The notes under the pieces were generated by a model. The model ran no database searches, was not told the origin of the DNA, and was given only the letters and a program-made list of their open reading frames with translations. From Candidatus Dojkabacteria bacterium HGW-Dojkabacteria-1 (lineage in GTDB: Bacteria > Patescibacteriota > Dojkabacteria > SC72): DNA of 64,000 nt. Positions 50,608-60,043 of the stretch are shown here, one piece after another (position 1 is the stretch's first letter; every line of letters begins with the position of its first letter). A program made the position numbers and the translations under genes. Location of the stretch: positions 85,101 through 149,100 of the forward strand of contig PHAO01000001.1 of the NCBI GenBank assembly GCA_002840365.1, read 5' to 3'.

Positions 50608-52224
50608 ATGTATTTAACCCCGTATCAAAAAAGACAAATAAAAATTGTAGCTGCTTTAGTAATTGGTATTCCATTAACGATTTTTGCTGTGTACCAAGGG
50701 GTTCGATACCTTTCACGTGCTGGTGCAGAGGCAGTACCTAAAGATGTTGTAGTTACAAATCTAACAACAAATTCTCTAACAGTAACATGGTTTACAGATA
50801 CACCTGCTGATGGATATGTTGTACCTGTATTAAATGGAGTAGAACAAAGTCCTGTTAGAGATAAAAGGGGAGGGGGTAACAGAACATCTCACTATGTTGA
50901 ACTGCGTAGTTTAGAACCTAATACAAAATATTCCTTTGTAATTGTTTCTGGAGGTACAAAGTATACAAACAGTGGTGGTAATAACTATGAATTTACAACG
51001 GCTCCAGTTGGGGCAGATACCCCTATTCCCAATCCAATTCATGGCTCTGTAACAGGAATATCTAATGATGATGTGATAATATATGTTTTCCCTAAAAACA
51101 ATAGTGCATATCCAGTATCAACCACTATTCCAAGTGGTGGAAACTGGATCGTAGATCTTTCTTCCTTTAGAAAAATAAGTGACAAGAGTATGTTAAGAAT
51201 TACTGATGATACAGAACTTGTTCTTCTTGCAAAAAATACCACTGGTAAAGGAGCGCTTTTAGAAGGGGCATATTCATCACTTTTTGATAGTAATGGGAAA
51301 TTAAATCAAACACTATCCTTAAGAATAGAGGATATTTCTGATTTAATATCTTTCTTTCCAAATGAATCTAAAATGGGAGCAACGCAAGCAAGTACTCCTA
51401 CGCCTTCTCCTTCTCCAACGCCTACACCCACTCCTACTCCAACACCTGAACCAGATGATGAGGATATAGATATTGATACCAATTATCAAATTGTGCATGA
51501 TTTGAGATGGATAGATATGGTTACTGGTGATGCACAAGCTTCTTTAGATTCAGGAGAGTCTACTATCTTGATTACAAATCTTACAGATGTAGGTTTTACA
51601 GTAATTTGGAGATCTCCACAAAAAGTAGAGGGATATATTAAATATGGTACTAGTAAAACTGCTCTTACAGAGGAATCATGGGATGTAAGAGATGGTCTCT
51701 CATCTAGAAACACTTACTATGCTCATGCGGTTGATACAGCAAGACTAGATCCAAATACAACATACTACTTTGAAGTCTATTCAGGAGAAACTAAATACAA
51801 CAATTCAGGAAATATGTACTCTGTTACAACATTCTCTACCCTTGGTTCTCCACCACCATTTGAAACTAAATCTGGATCTATATCTAATGCAACGAATCCA
51901 GGAGATTGGATATTGGTAGGTAAGATTGTTGATGACGATGATGCAGGAACATCTGGTTCATCAAGATATCTTTCAACAGTTCCTGATGACAATGGGAATT
52001 GGATATTAACTTTGGGAGACGCAAGAAGTGAAGATGGTTCTTCATATTTCTCCTTCTCTAACTCAGATATTTTAAGCATATATTTGCTTGGAGATAGTAA
52101 GAAACTTTTTGACAACAAAATTTCTCTTTCAGAGATACCAATAGACGCATCTTTGGTTGGAGGTGGGGTCTCTGTAAGTAAGGTTAAATTGCTTTCTGAC
52201 TATGGAATCGTTAATATAAAGTAG
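50608..52224 (+). CDS. Secreted protein with two FN3/PAP-N-like modules and a (TP)n linker
   Basis: N-terminal TM. Modules …LTVTWFTDT…TKYSFVIVSGGTKY… and …FTVIWRSPQ…TTYYFEVYSGETKY… TPTPSPSPTPTPTPTPTPEP linker. Confidence 0.5.
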   Translation: MYLTPYQKRQIKIVAALVIGIPLTIFAVYQGVRYLSRAGAEAVPKDVVVTNLTTNSLTVTWFTDTPADGYVVPVLNGVEQSPVRDKRGGGNRTSHYVELRSLEPNTKYSFVIVSGGTKYTNSGGNNYEFTTAPVGADTPIPNPIHGSVTGISNDDVIIYVFPKNNSAYPVSTTIPSGGNWIVDLSSFRKISDKSMLRITDDTELVLLAKNTTGKGALLEGAYSSLFDSNGKLNQTLSLRIEDISDLISFFPNESKMGATQASTPTPSPSPTPTPTPTPTPEPDDEDIDIDTNYQIVHDLRWIDMVTGDAQASLDSGESTILITNLTDVGFTVIWRSPQKVEGYIKYGTSKTALTEESWDVRDGLSSRNTYYAHAVDTARLDPNTTYYFEVYSGETKYNNSGNMYSVTTFSTLGSPPPFETKSGSISNATNPGDWILVGKIVDDDDAGTSGSSRYLSTVPDDNGNWILTLGDARSEDGSSYFSFSNSDILSIYLLGDSKKLFDNKISLSEIPIDASLVGGGVSVSKVKLLSDYGIVNIK

Positions 52225-52273
52225 GGTTTGTGTATTGTATTAAAATGCATTAGAATCAGGTGCTTAATCAAGA

Positions 52274-53605
52274 ATGAGAATGTATCTAGACAAATTAAAA
52301 CCAATATTTTTACTCTTTGTAATGACAGTTTCGTCATTAGGTATAGTTTTTGTCGTAAATCAATTTAAGGATACTTCTAAGTATGTAAAACCTGTTGAGG
52401 GGGCTTTGGAAGTTAAGATTGTCGAGAACAGTACAGCATTAGTAAATAACAGTGATACCACTATTCCACAGAAAGTATCAGAGGATAATCAGGGAATAGT
52501 TTTGAGTACAGAGGCAACAAATTCATGTGCACAAGCGATTATTAAAATACAGTCATATTCTGTATGTTCTAGATCTGGTACAGCAGAAGAGGATTACAAA
52601 ACAGGAAATAGGTCGGGTAATACTGTGAGTAAAAATTCCACAGTAAAGCTTATTGAAGTTACTATACCTTTAGAACTTTTTGCAGGTTCTGATGTAAAAG
52701 ATTCTAATCGTAAACTAACTGATACTACGCCTATTAATCTCTCTGCAGGTAATATGTTTGATGATAAAATTGCAAACGGTCAATTACCTCCTGGGGTTCA
52801 AATCTCTGAATATAAGCCTTCTGTAAAAAATAGGCCTTTTTCTATGCCATATTCTACTGCTTTTGAACAAAAAGCAAACATTAATAGTGAAGAGGGAGAG
52901 GTTGTTCAGGATAAAAAATTGGGAGGATATAAATGTGAACATTGTAAAAATGAATCAAATGTTACTCCTCATAGAACGAATCAGTTGAGTACTTTCATGG
53001 TAGATATCTTGTATAGGACGCCTGGTGAAAAGAATCAGGTAAAAGCTGAAGATGCAATTGAATCATGTTCTGATAAAGATGATTTTATTGAATGGAATAA
53101 CAATAATAGGAAATCATGTGCATTAAGCACAGTTACTGTAGCAGTAGAATTAATAAAATCCATACCAGAATCTATTTGGAGTGAATGTAAAGGAGGGGTT
53201 AAATATGATCAAAATGGAAACCCTATCCCTCCTAGTGAAGATTGTATTTTTCCTGAAGACATAATAATAAAAATGACCTCTGGGTTTGGTTCTGATAGGG
53301 AGTGTCCTGATGGAGTTTGTACTAATAAGTATATGAATACAAGAAATAATGTTGCACTAGCTCCTATAGATGCTAATAAGACAAATAAGCAATATTTTAC
53401 GACTGCATGTAAGGTAATCATTGAAGGTAAGGTATATACTGTAAAGTGTGCTTGGGATATGTCTCATCTTTATAAAGAAAGGAAATTTTCTGAGTACGAT
53501 GATTTGCCAGGTGTAGAGAGTACACCTACAAAAGACCAATATACTAGATATCTGTTAGAAGAAGGAGATCGTAGAAAAGATGCTCCTGAGATAAAAATCT
53601 TTTAG
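52274..53605 (+). CDS. Cys-rich secreted hypothetical protein
   Basis: N-terminal TM/signal; at least 14 Cys in the ectodomain; no known domain. Confidence 0.45.
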   Translation: MRMYLDKLKPIFLLFVMTVSSLGIVFVVNQFKDTSKYVKPVEGALEVKIVENSTALVNNSDTTIPQKVSEDNQGIVLSTEATNSCAQAIIKIQSYSVCSRSGTAEEDYKTGNRSGNTVSKNSTVKLIEVTIPLELFAGSDVKDSNRKLTDTTPINLSAGNMFDDKIANGQLPPGVQISEYKPSVKNRPFSMPYSTAFEQKANINSEEGEVVQDKKLGGYKCEHCKNESNVTPHRTNQLSTFMVDILYRTPGEKNQVKAEDAIESCSDKDDFIEWNNNNRKSCALSTVTVAVELIKSIPESIWSECKGGVKYDQNGNPIPPSEDCIFPEDIIIKMTSGFGSDRECPDGVCTNKYMNTRNNVALAPIDANKTNKQYFTTACKVIIEGKVYTVKCAWDMSHLYKERKFSEYDDLPGVESTPTKDQYTRYLLEEGDRRKDAPEIKIF

Positions 53606-53627
53606 ATTAATTTTTTAATAAACAAAA

Positions 53628-55109
53628 ATGAGTATTACGCTCCAAGTATATGAAAAGATTTTGATATTGAAGGAATTTGTTACTAGAAAAACATTCCAAA
53701 ATGCATTTCTAGGATTTCTTTCTTTGCTTCTTTTCTTCGGTGTAATGAATGTATATGCACAAGAAGATGCAAAAATATCTCCCGATTGGGGTGGTACAAA
53801 AGAGTTTCATAATGAGATAAGTGGAACGAATAGAGACGAGGATAATATGAATAGTAGGCAAGGTTTAGAAGTACTCAATACGAGCTGGACAGTATTATCC
53901 TTAATGGCTCCAGAGGTAACTGAAAATGGTGAACAAGCTATGAGTAATCCTAATGTTCCATATGATTTAAGAAGGGGAGCTTTAGGTATGTTAGAAGATG
54001 CAGGGAATCTTGTAGTGGCCTCATATCCCGTTGTAGATATCCCACAACATTTAGCACAAGAATGGGTTCCTGGATACAGAGAGAATGTTACAGGTTTGTA
54101 TGCCCAGAACTCTTCTGCAGGACATAATTCTGGATATCAAGAATTAATGAGTAGTGGAATAGTTAGCCTTTGGAATAGAACTCTAAATCTTTCATATGTA
54201 GCTTTTGTTTTAATAATGATTGTTGCAGGATTTATGATTATGTTCAGACATAAGCTAGGAGGTCAAACTATGGTTACCATAGGTAATGTTCTTCCTGGTG
54301 TAATTACGGCATTAATATTAGCAACCTTTAGTTTTGCAATTGCAGGTTTAATCATTGATTTAGGTGGAGTTGCTACAGGTCTTGTAGCCTTCATTCTAGG
54401 AGATGGAGCTGAAATAAAATCAATCTCTTCCCTCGGAGGATTAATGGCTACAGTTCTTAGTGGTGGAGTCGGTATGGCAACAGTTATTAGTGCAGTTGGA
54501 GGAGGTTTGTTGCTAGGAGGTGCCGCTATCGGTGCTGGTGGACTTGCTGCTATTGCATCTGGTCCTGTTGGATGGTTGATTCTTGGTGCCGTTGGAGCAA
54601 TTGGAATTATATTTGCAATTATAATCATTGGAATAATCTTTGTAGGAGCTCTTAAAGTCATTATCGCTTTGTACAAAGCATATTTCTCTTTACTTTTAGC
54701 AGTGATACTTGGACCAATACAAATAACCTTGGGTGCAATGCCAGGTAATAGTCATATGATTAATAACTGGTTCTTAACGGTATTAAGGAATGTATTGGTA
54801 TTTCCTGTAGTACTATTCATTGTTAATATCCCAAATGCCCTTATGAACTCTGGAAGTGATGTCTTCCTTAGATTCCCAGGGAAATTAGTTTATGAAGACC
54901 CTGCAACATATGATGCATGGGATTTAAATGCTGCAAGTGGAATTTTCATATTCATCCTTAAAATCTTTGTACTCTACTTCGCAGCTCAAGCACCTAAGTT
55001 CCTTGAATCTTGGTTCCCACCAAATACACCTAAGGCAATAGGAGAGGGTATTGGGGCGGCTCAAGCAAGTCTTTCAAAGATTCCTTTGGTAGGTGGATTC
55101 TTTAAGTAA
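53628..55109 (+). CDS. VirB6/TrbL-like polytopic T4SS membrane protein
   Basis: Signal sequence and an approximately 140-aa exported segment, then a Gly-rich multi-TM core (…VGGGLLLGGAAIGAGGLAAIASGPVGWLILGAVGAIGIIFAIIIIG…) typical of the TrbL/VirB6 family. Confidence 0.5.
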   Translation: MSITLQVYEKILILKEFVTRKTFQNAFLGFLSLLLFFGVMNVYAQEDAKISPDWGGTKEFHNEISGTNRDEDNMNSRQGLEVLNTSWTVLSLMAPEVTENGEQAMSNPNVPYDLRRGALGMLEDAGNLVVASYPVVDIPQHLAQEWVPGYRENVTGLYAQNSSAGHNSGYQELMSSGIVSLWNRTLNLSYVAFVLIMIVAGFMIMFRHKLGGQTMVTIGNVLPGVITALILATFSFAIAGLIIDLGGVATGLVAFILGDGAEIKSISSLGGLMATVLSGGVGMATVISAVGGGLLLGGAAIGAGGLAAIASGPVGWLILGAVGAIGIIFAIIIIGIIFVGALKVIIALYKAYFSLLLAVILGPIQITLGAMPGNSHMINNWFLTVLRNVLVFPVVLFIVNIPNALMNSGSDVFLRFPGKLVYEDPATYDAWDLNAASGIFIFILKIFVLYFAAQAPKFLESWFPPNTPKAIGEGIGAAQASLSKIPLVGGFFK

Positions 55110-55127
55110 TAGTTAAGTACTTGATAT

Positions 55128-57776
55128 ATGGCAAAGAAACCTAAATCAGACAATTTTGATGCTTTAGGTAGTGTCTATGATTTCCTTTTCACTGAAGCAA
55201 AGAAGAAACCAGAGAAAAGAAGACCTATAAAGCCAACTGAGGTTTCAGGTACCAGTATGATGACCGATGCTGTTTTTGCGGCATTGGAAAAACCTGGTGC
55301 CTTTATTTCAAACACCATTGTAGATGAATTTAACGGGGCTCTAGATTTGGAGCTTGGTGTTGTTCAATTTGATACCACTGGAAAGTTTAAAATTACATCG
55401 AATTCTTTAGTAGAAATTTTAAAAGATCCTCAAAAGGCGGTCGAGAAGTCAATTGCAAAAAACCAAGCAATTAGGAAATCCATGCGAGCTACATATCTCC
55501 GAGAATTTATGAAGGACTTTGTTGCCACAGGATGGGCTAGAAAATATGGAGATATTGAAGCACAAAAAGCAGTGTATGGTTCCAGTATTGCATCAAGACA
55601 AAGACTTCTCTCTGAAGAAAGCTATGCAGTCGCAAAGGCAATTGGTCAATACTCAGGAGGTAATATAGACATGGGTTCATATGGGAAGATGAGCTCTGCA
55701 GAAAATGAATTCCTTCACAAAAGATCTCTAGAACTTGTTCGTAGAAAGATGATTCCTCAAGATAAGTGGGATTCTCTCTCTGAGCAAGAAAAAGCATCCT
55801 TTAGAGAAGCATTCCTTAGAGAAAATTCTTGGAAGAAATTTAAGGATACTGATGTTCCAGATACTTCATTACAACAATTTCTAAATGCAAGATTTGGTAC
55901 CGAAGGAGCTGGTATGTACCAGAGATATATAGATACTACAGACAAAGACGTAGCAAAAAGAAACATCGCTGATCCTAAGAAATATCTACAGCTTGAAACC
56001 GCATATCTTGATGAAAATATCAAAAGCTTAGAAAACATTACAAACCGTAATGAACAACAACAAAGAAATTTAGATGTATATAGAAAGACAAAATATCTTT
56101 TAGACAAAGGAAAGGGAGAGGCAAAATTACGTACGGAGTTAGAAAGAATTAGAACTGACCTTCGAAGTGTAACGGATCCTACTCAGAAAAGATTGCTAGA
56201 AAGAGAGTTAAAGGACACGAGAACAGCACTCAGATATATTTCCGGAGATAACTTGATGGGTAGGATAGGCAAATGGGAGGGGTATGTTAATAGCTGGAAT
56301 ATGATTTATGGTCCAAAGGGTTCTCAGCTATTTCAAAGTGTATTAACAGGGGATTTTTTTGATGCAAAGAAAAATACTATATTTTGTCCGACGAAAGTTA
56401 GTGAAATTGATAACAGGGGTGGAAAAATCGAAATAATGGTTGGAGCAACATCTCCTAGGGGTCTTATTAATGCATATAATCAGATGGGAACTCAACTCTA
56501 CTATATGACCCCAAGATCTGTATTCAGAACTCTTTTCTATAATGGTGAGGGTTTTACATACCTACTCTTTAAGAAGTTAGAAAAAGAGCAAGATCTTCTT
56601 AAAACTCTTGCGACAGGCTTAGGAGAGAAAGATTTCAAAACAGAAAACCTACTAGGGTTACTTATTAATAAAGACATGAATACTTTCCTTACAGATAATG
56701 CTTCAAAGTTTAGCCCTGAAGACTTGGAAAAGATAAAGAAATTTTTTGAATCAAACAAAAACTTTTCATCTGTAATAAAAGTATTTAGTACAGGAAGTAG
56801 AATACAGCAAATAATACAATCAAGAGTTAATGCTATTACTGCACCAATAAGAAGAAAGATTGCAGAAAAATTCCTAATGAAATTTGTATCAAAATATGGA
56901 GGAGCTGAGCTATTGAACCAGTGGATTATGAAAGGTGGTATTAATGTAATGGTTAGATCTTTAGCAACAGGAATCGCGGGAGCTCTTGGATTAGTTGCTA
57001 CTCCACTTGGGAGTGCAATAATAACGGCAATCACATGGGTTTTAACAGATTTAGCAATGAAGGCATTTGCTCAAATGCTAATAGTTGGAAAATATATACT
57101 GTTTGGTTTAATTGGAATTGTTTTCCTAGTAATATTCTGGGCAAGTGGTTCAGTAAAAAGTTTCAATAAAAACAATTTCTCCTACTACAATGAAACCCCT
57201 GGCTCAATAATCCAGTGTTCATTGTACGAAGAAAGAGACCTTGGTACAGGTGATGAAGCTCCTTGGGGAGATACAATAATACCTCCTCCATCTGGAGAAA
57301 GCTGTGTATTTGGAGCAGGATCATTCTGGTGTTCACAGGGGTATAAAGATACAAAAGGTTGGAGTCACCAAAATATTAACCATTTAATGCCAGTAGACTT
57401 AACAAGTGTAGGATATATATATGCTCCACAATTTTGTAGTACTGGAAATTGTAGTATAACGAGAATAGCAGTAATTAACTGTAGAGATGGATCTAATGCA
57501 GGAGGAATAGTTGAATTAACTGCAAGTAATGGTTCTACTACATACCTATTCAAACTTCTACATGTCAAACCACTTGCAGGATTAGGAGAGAAACTTAGTG
57601 GTGGTCAACCAGTTGCTGTTGTACAAGATAGGCCAGAGGTCGAAAGAGGATGGTGTTGGACAGGTAAACACTTACACTTAGAGACAAGACAAAATGGTGC
57701 AACTGTAGATCCACTAAAACTCCTTCAAAGTTTTAGCTGTAATGTACCAGATGAGTCTAGCTGTGCAAGACCATAA
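55128..57776 (+). CDS. Large bipartite protein with a cytoplasmic coiled-coil N-terminal region, a TM hairpin, and a C-terminal Cys-rich M23 metallopeptidase domain
   Basis: M23/LytM motifs NHLMPVD…VGYIYAP…LLHVKP…SGGQPVAVV…TGKHLHLET…TVDP. Hydrophobic segment at about aa 600-670. 882 aa. Confidence 0.6.
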   Translation: MAKKPKSDNFDALGSVYDFLFTEAKKKPEKRRPIKPTEVSGTSMMTDAVFAALEKPGAFISNTIVDEFNGALDLELGVVQFDTTGKFKITSNSLVEILKDPQKAVEKSIAKNQAIRKSMRATYLREFMKDFVATGWARKYGDIEAQKAVYGSSIASRQRLLSEESYAVAKAIGQYSGGNIDMGSYGKMSSAENEFLHKRSLELVRRKMIPQDKWDSLSEQEKASFREAFLRENSWKKFKDTDVPDTSLQQFLNARFGTEGAGMYQRYIDTTDKDVAKRNIADPKKYLQLETAYLDENIKSLENITNRNEQQQRNLDVYRKTKYLLDKGKGEAKLRTELERIRTDLRSVTDPTQKRLLERELKDTRTALRYISGDNLMGRIGKWEGYVNSWNMIYGPKGSQLFQSVLTGDFFDAKKNTIFCPTKVSEIDNRGGKIEIMVGATSPRGLINAYNQMGTQLYYMTPRSVFRTLFYNGEGFTYLLFKKLEKEQDLLKTLATGLGEKDFKTENLLGLLINKDMNTFLTDNASKFSPEDLEKIKKFFESNKNFSSVIKVFSTGSRIQQIIQSRVNAITAPIRRKIAEKFLMKFVSKYGGAELLNQWIMKGGINVMVRSLATGIAGALGLVATPLGSAIITAITWVLTDLAMKAFAQMLIVGKYILFGLIGIVFLVIFWASGSVKSFNKNNFSYYNETPGSIIQCSLYEERDLGTGDEAPWGDTIIPPPSGESCVFGAGSFWCSQGYKDTKGWSHQNINHLMPVDLTSVGYIYAPQFCSTGNCSITRIAVINCRDGSNAGGIVELTASNGSTTYLFKLLHVKPLAGLGEKLSGGQPVAVVQDRPEVERGWCWTGKHLHLETRQNGATVDPLKLLQSFSCNVPDESSCARP

Positions 57777-57799
57777 AGATAAGTTATTAAAATGCCCAA

Positions 57800-58771
57800 A
57801 TGAAAATACAAGGAAGTAAAAAAACAGCACTAATAGTATTAGGCATTTTTGTTGCAATACTCGTAGTTGTACTAGCTTTTGTTCTCTTCTCAGGAATGAG
57901 GAAAAAATATCCGGAAGATCCTGTAAAAATGAAAAACCTTGGAAGTAGTAATCAACAGGTTGAAATTACATCGCTTGATTTTCAGATAGAGGAGAAGGAT
58001 TTACCACTTTACTCTGTACAACCCAAAATACACATAAACCAGGTAGAACAGATGATAGATAGGATGGGACTATCTTTGCAAAGGAAGGATATCGTAAAAG
58101 ATAGCTATATTGAATGGAGTGATGGTGAAAATACATTTGTGTATGACTCTGTTCTTGATTCTGTCTCTTTTCAACTAAGTAGAAGAATATCTCTTGAAAG
58201 AGGTGGGTCATCCTTTAGTACTGCTTTCAAAAGATATTTTGATTTAGAATATGAGTTTAAACTTGTAAGAGAAAGAAAGAATCTAGATGGGGGTATTACA
58301 TATTACGGCTCGAGACTGCTTGATAATATGCCTATGCAGTATGGTGCAAACTATGAATACACAGATATTCTTAGTTTTAATACAGAGGGAAATTTAGAAT
58401 CAGGCAAATTACTACTAGCAGAGATAGAAAAACATGACTACTATCTACCACTAATAAACAAGAGAGAATTAAATGAATATATAAATACAAGAGGCTATCC
58501 TAAGGAACACTACATAGATACTTCAGTATTAGCGGATATACTTGAATTAGACTATCTTGATGATGAATGGTCTAAAATAGAAAATACATTGGAAGATTGT
58601 AGAGCAAGAACTCTTGAAACTGTATTTCTTTACAAAACATCTAACCAAGGATACCTTTTACCTGTATTCAAAATACTTTCGAATTGTAAGGTTGTTGCTT
58701 CTGGAAGTGAGTATACAGTACCTACAACATTCTATGTTAATGCTGTAGACCCTAGATATGTCTCATTGTAA
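57800..58771 (+). CDS. Bitopic membrane protein, possible VirB8-like scaffold
   Basis: N-terminal TM followed by about 290 aa of extracytoplasmic sequence. The assignment rests on position and topology only. Confidence 0.3.
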   Translation: MKIQGSKKTALIVLGIFVAILVVVLAFVLFSGMRKKYPEDPVKMKNLGSSNQQVEITSLDFQIEEKDLPLYSVQPKIHINQVEQMIDRMGLSLQRKDIVKDSYIEWSDGENTFVYDSVLDSVSFQLSRRISLERGGSSFSTAFKRYFDLEYEFKLVRERKNLDGGITYYGSRLLDNMPMQYGANYEYTDILSFNTEGNLESGKLLLAEIEKHDYYLPLINKRELNEYINTRGYPKEHYIDTSVLADILELDYLDDEWSKIENTLEDCRARTLETVFLYKTSNQGYLLPVFKILSNCKVVASGSEYTVPTTFYVNAVDPRYVSL

Positions 58772-58795
58772 TAACCATTGTGATACAATATTGAA

Positions 58796-59983
58796 ATGAA
58801 AATTTTAAAACTTCTACAGATTACAATTCTTTCAACAGTTGTTCTTTTCCTTTTTTCTTCAACTTCCTATGCAATGGAAATAGTTGGAAGAGACAGTATT
58901 AAACTTGATGATGCCTTGGCAGAAAAAGAAATACTTTTCTCCCAACCTAGAAAAATTTACATAACTCAGGTTCACAGTAACAATAGAAATATTAAGAATG
59001 ATACAAAGGCATGGATTAGATCTATATACTACTACAGTATAACTAGGCTCAAATTGAATGATATCCCATACAACTATCTAATAGACAAAAGTGGAAATGT
59101 ATATGAAGTATCTAAAGGTGGTGTTGGAGCAAACCCTGGATTAGAAGCAGGAGATAACATTGTATTGATTGGTATTCTTGATAACAATACAGCTCTTACT
59201 CCCAGAACAGAATCCTCATTGGTAGAGCTTGTTGAAACTCTTTCATATAGATATGGAATTAAGCAAGATGGTTGGGATTTTGTTAATCTAAAAATAGTTT
59301 CTAATGAAAATGAGAGATCTTACTTAAGAGCAGAGAGTTCAAAAACTTCTACACTTCAATCTGTATCTCAAGCTCTCGCCAAAGTACGTTGGTCAGATAA
59401 AGAGCATTTAGATTACAAGGCAAGTATAGAGAAAGTAGAATACTCTCAGGAAGTAGAAGTAGGGCAAAAGCTTGAAGTAAAGGTAACAATAAAGAATGAA
59501 AATGATTTCCCATGGTTTGGAGATGTAACATATATATATGTTTCAACAAAAGATGCTAAAGAGAGTGCATATGCAATTAATTCTGTTTGGGAAAGTTTTA
59601 GTAGACCAACATATATCAAAGATAGGGTGGTAAAACCTGGTGATACAACAGAAGTAATATTCTCCCTTATGGGAAAGAGTCGCCCAGGTGAATACAAAGA
59701 GGTATTCGTCTTTACAAAAGATGAAACTGGTGTATTTGAAGGTTCCGAATTTGAAGTGGTATTTAAAATAATTGCAGGAGAAAAGAAGCTCGTAGAGGTA
59801 GTTTCTCCTCAGTATGGATTTGTAAACATTAGAGAGTGTAGATGGTTTAGCTGTAAAAAAGTAGAGGTTGCAAATCATGGAGATGTCTTCATCATGAATA
59901 AAAAAGAGGAAGGATGGTATGAAATCATATTTAATGAGAGTGATTTAGGTTGGGTTACCCAGCAGTATATTAGGGAGCTTTAA
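58796..59983 (+). CDS. Secreted Amidase_2/PGRP-like domain protein with a C-terminal SH3b domain
   Basis: Signal peptide; …IYITQVHS…DIPYNYLIDKSGNVYEV…NIVLIGIL… (amidase_2-like); C-terminal …GFVNIRE…VANHGDVFIMNKKEEGWYEI…GWV (SH3b). Confidence 0.4.
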   Translation: MKILKLLQITILSTVVLFLFSSTSYAMEIVGRDSIKLDDALAEKEILFSQPRKIYITQVHSNNRNIKNDTKAWIRSIYYYSITRLKLNDIPYNYLIDKSGNVYEVSKGGVGANPGLEAGDNIVLIGILDNNTALTPRTESSLVELVETLSYRYGIKQDGWDFVNLKIVSNENERSYLRAESSKTSTLQSVSQALAKVRWSDKEHLDYKASIEKVEYSQEVEVGQKLEVKVTIKNENDFPWFGDVTYIYVSTKDAKESAYAINSVWESFSRPTYIKDRVVKPGDTTEVIFSLMGKSRPGEYKEVFVFTKDETGVFEGSEFEVVFKIIAGEKKLVEVVSPQYGFVNIRECRWFSCKKVEVANHGDVFIMNKKEEGWYEIIFNESDLGWVTQQYIREL

Positions 59984-60043
59984 CCTATAGCTAAATAGTT
60001 CCATATTCTTTGTCTTATAACCCTAAATTTCTGTATATCATAT

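Noticed and set aside
51400-51470. Short tandem nucleotide repeats (ACNCCNAC…)
   Set aside because: These are not CRISPR or a mobile repeat. They code for the (Thr-Pro)n linker TPTPSPSPTPTPTPTPTPEP inside the 538-aa secreted protein.
54263-57034. 137-aa and 165-aa ORFs on the minus strand
   Set aside because: They are antisense inside the VirB6-like and M23-fusion genes. The Pro/Ala-rich translations mirror the Gly-rich codons of the sense strand.
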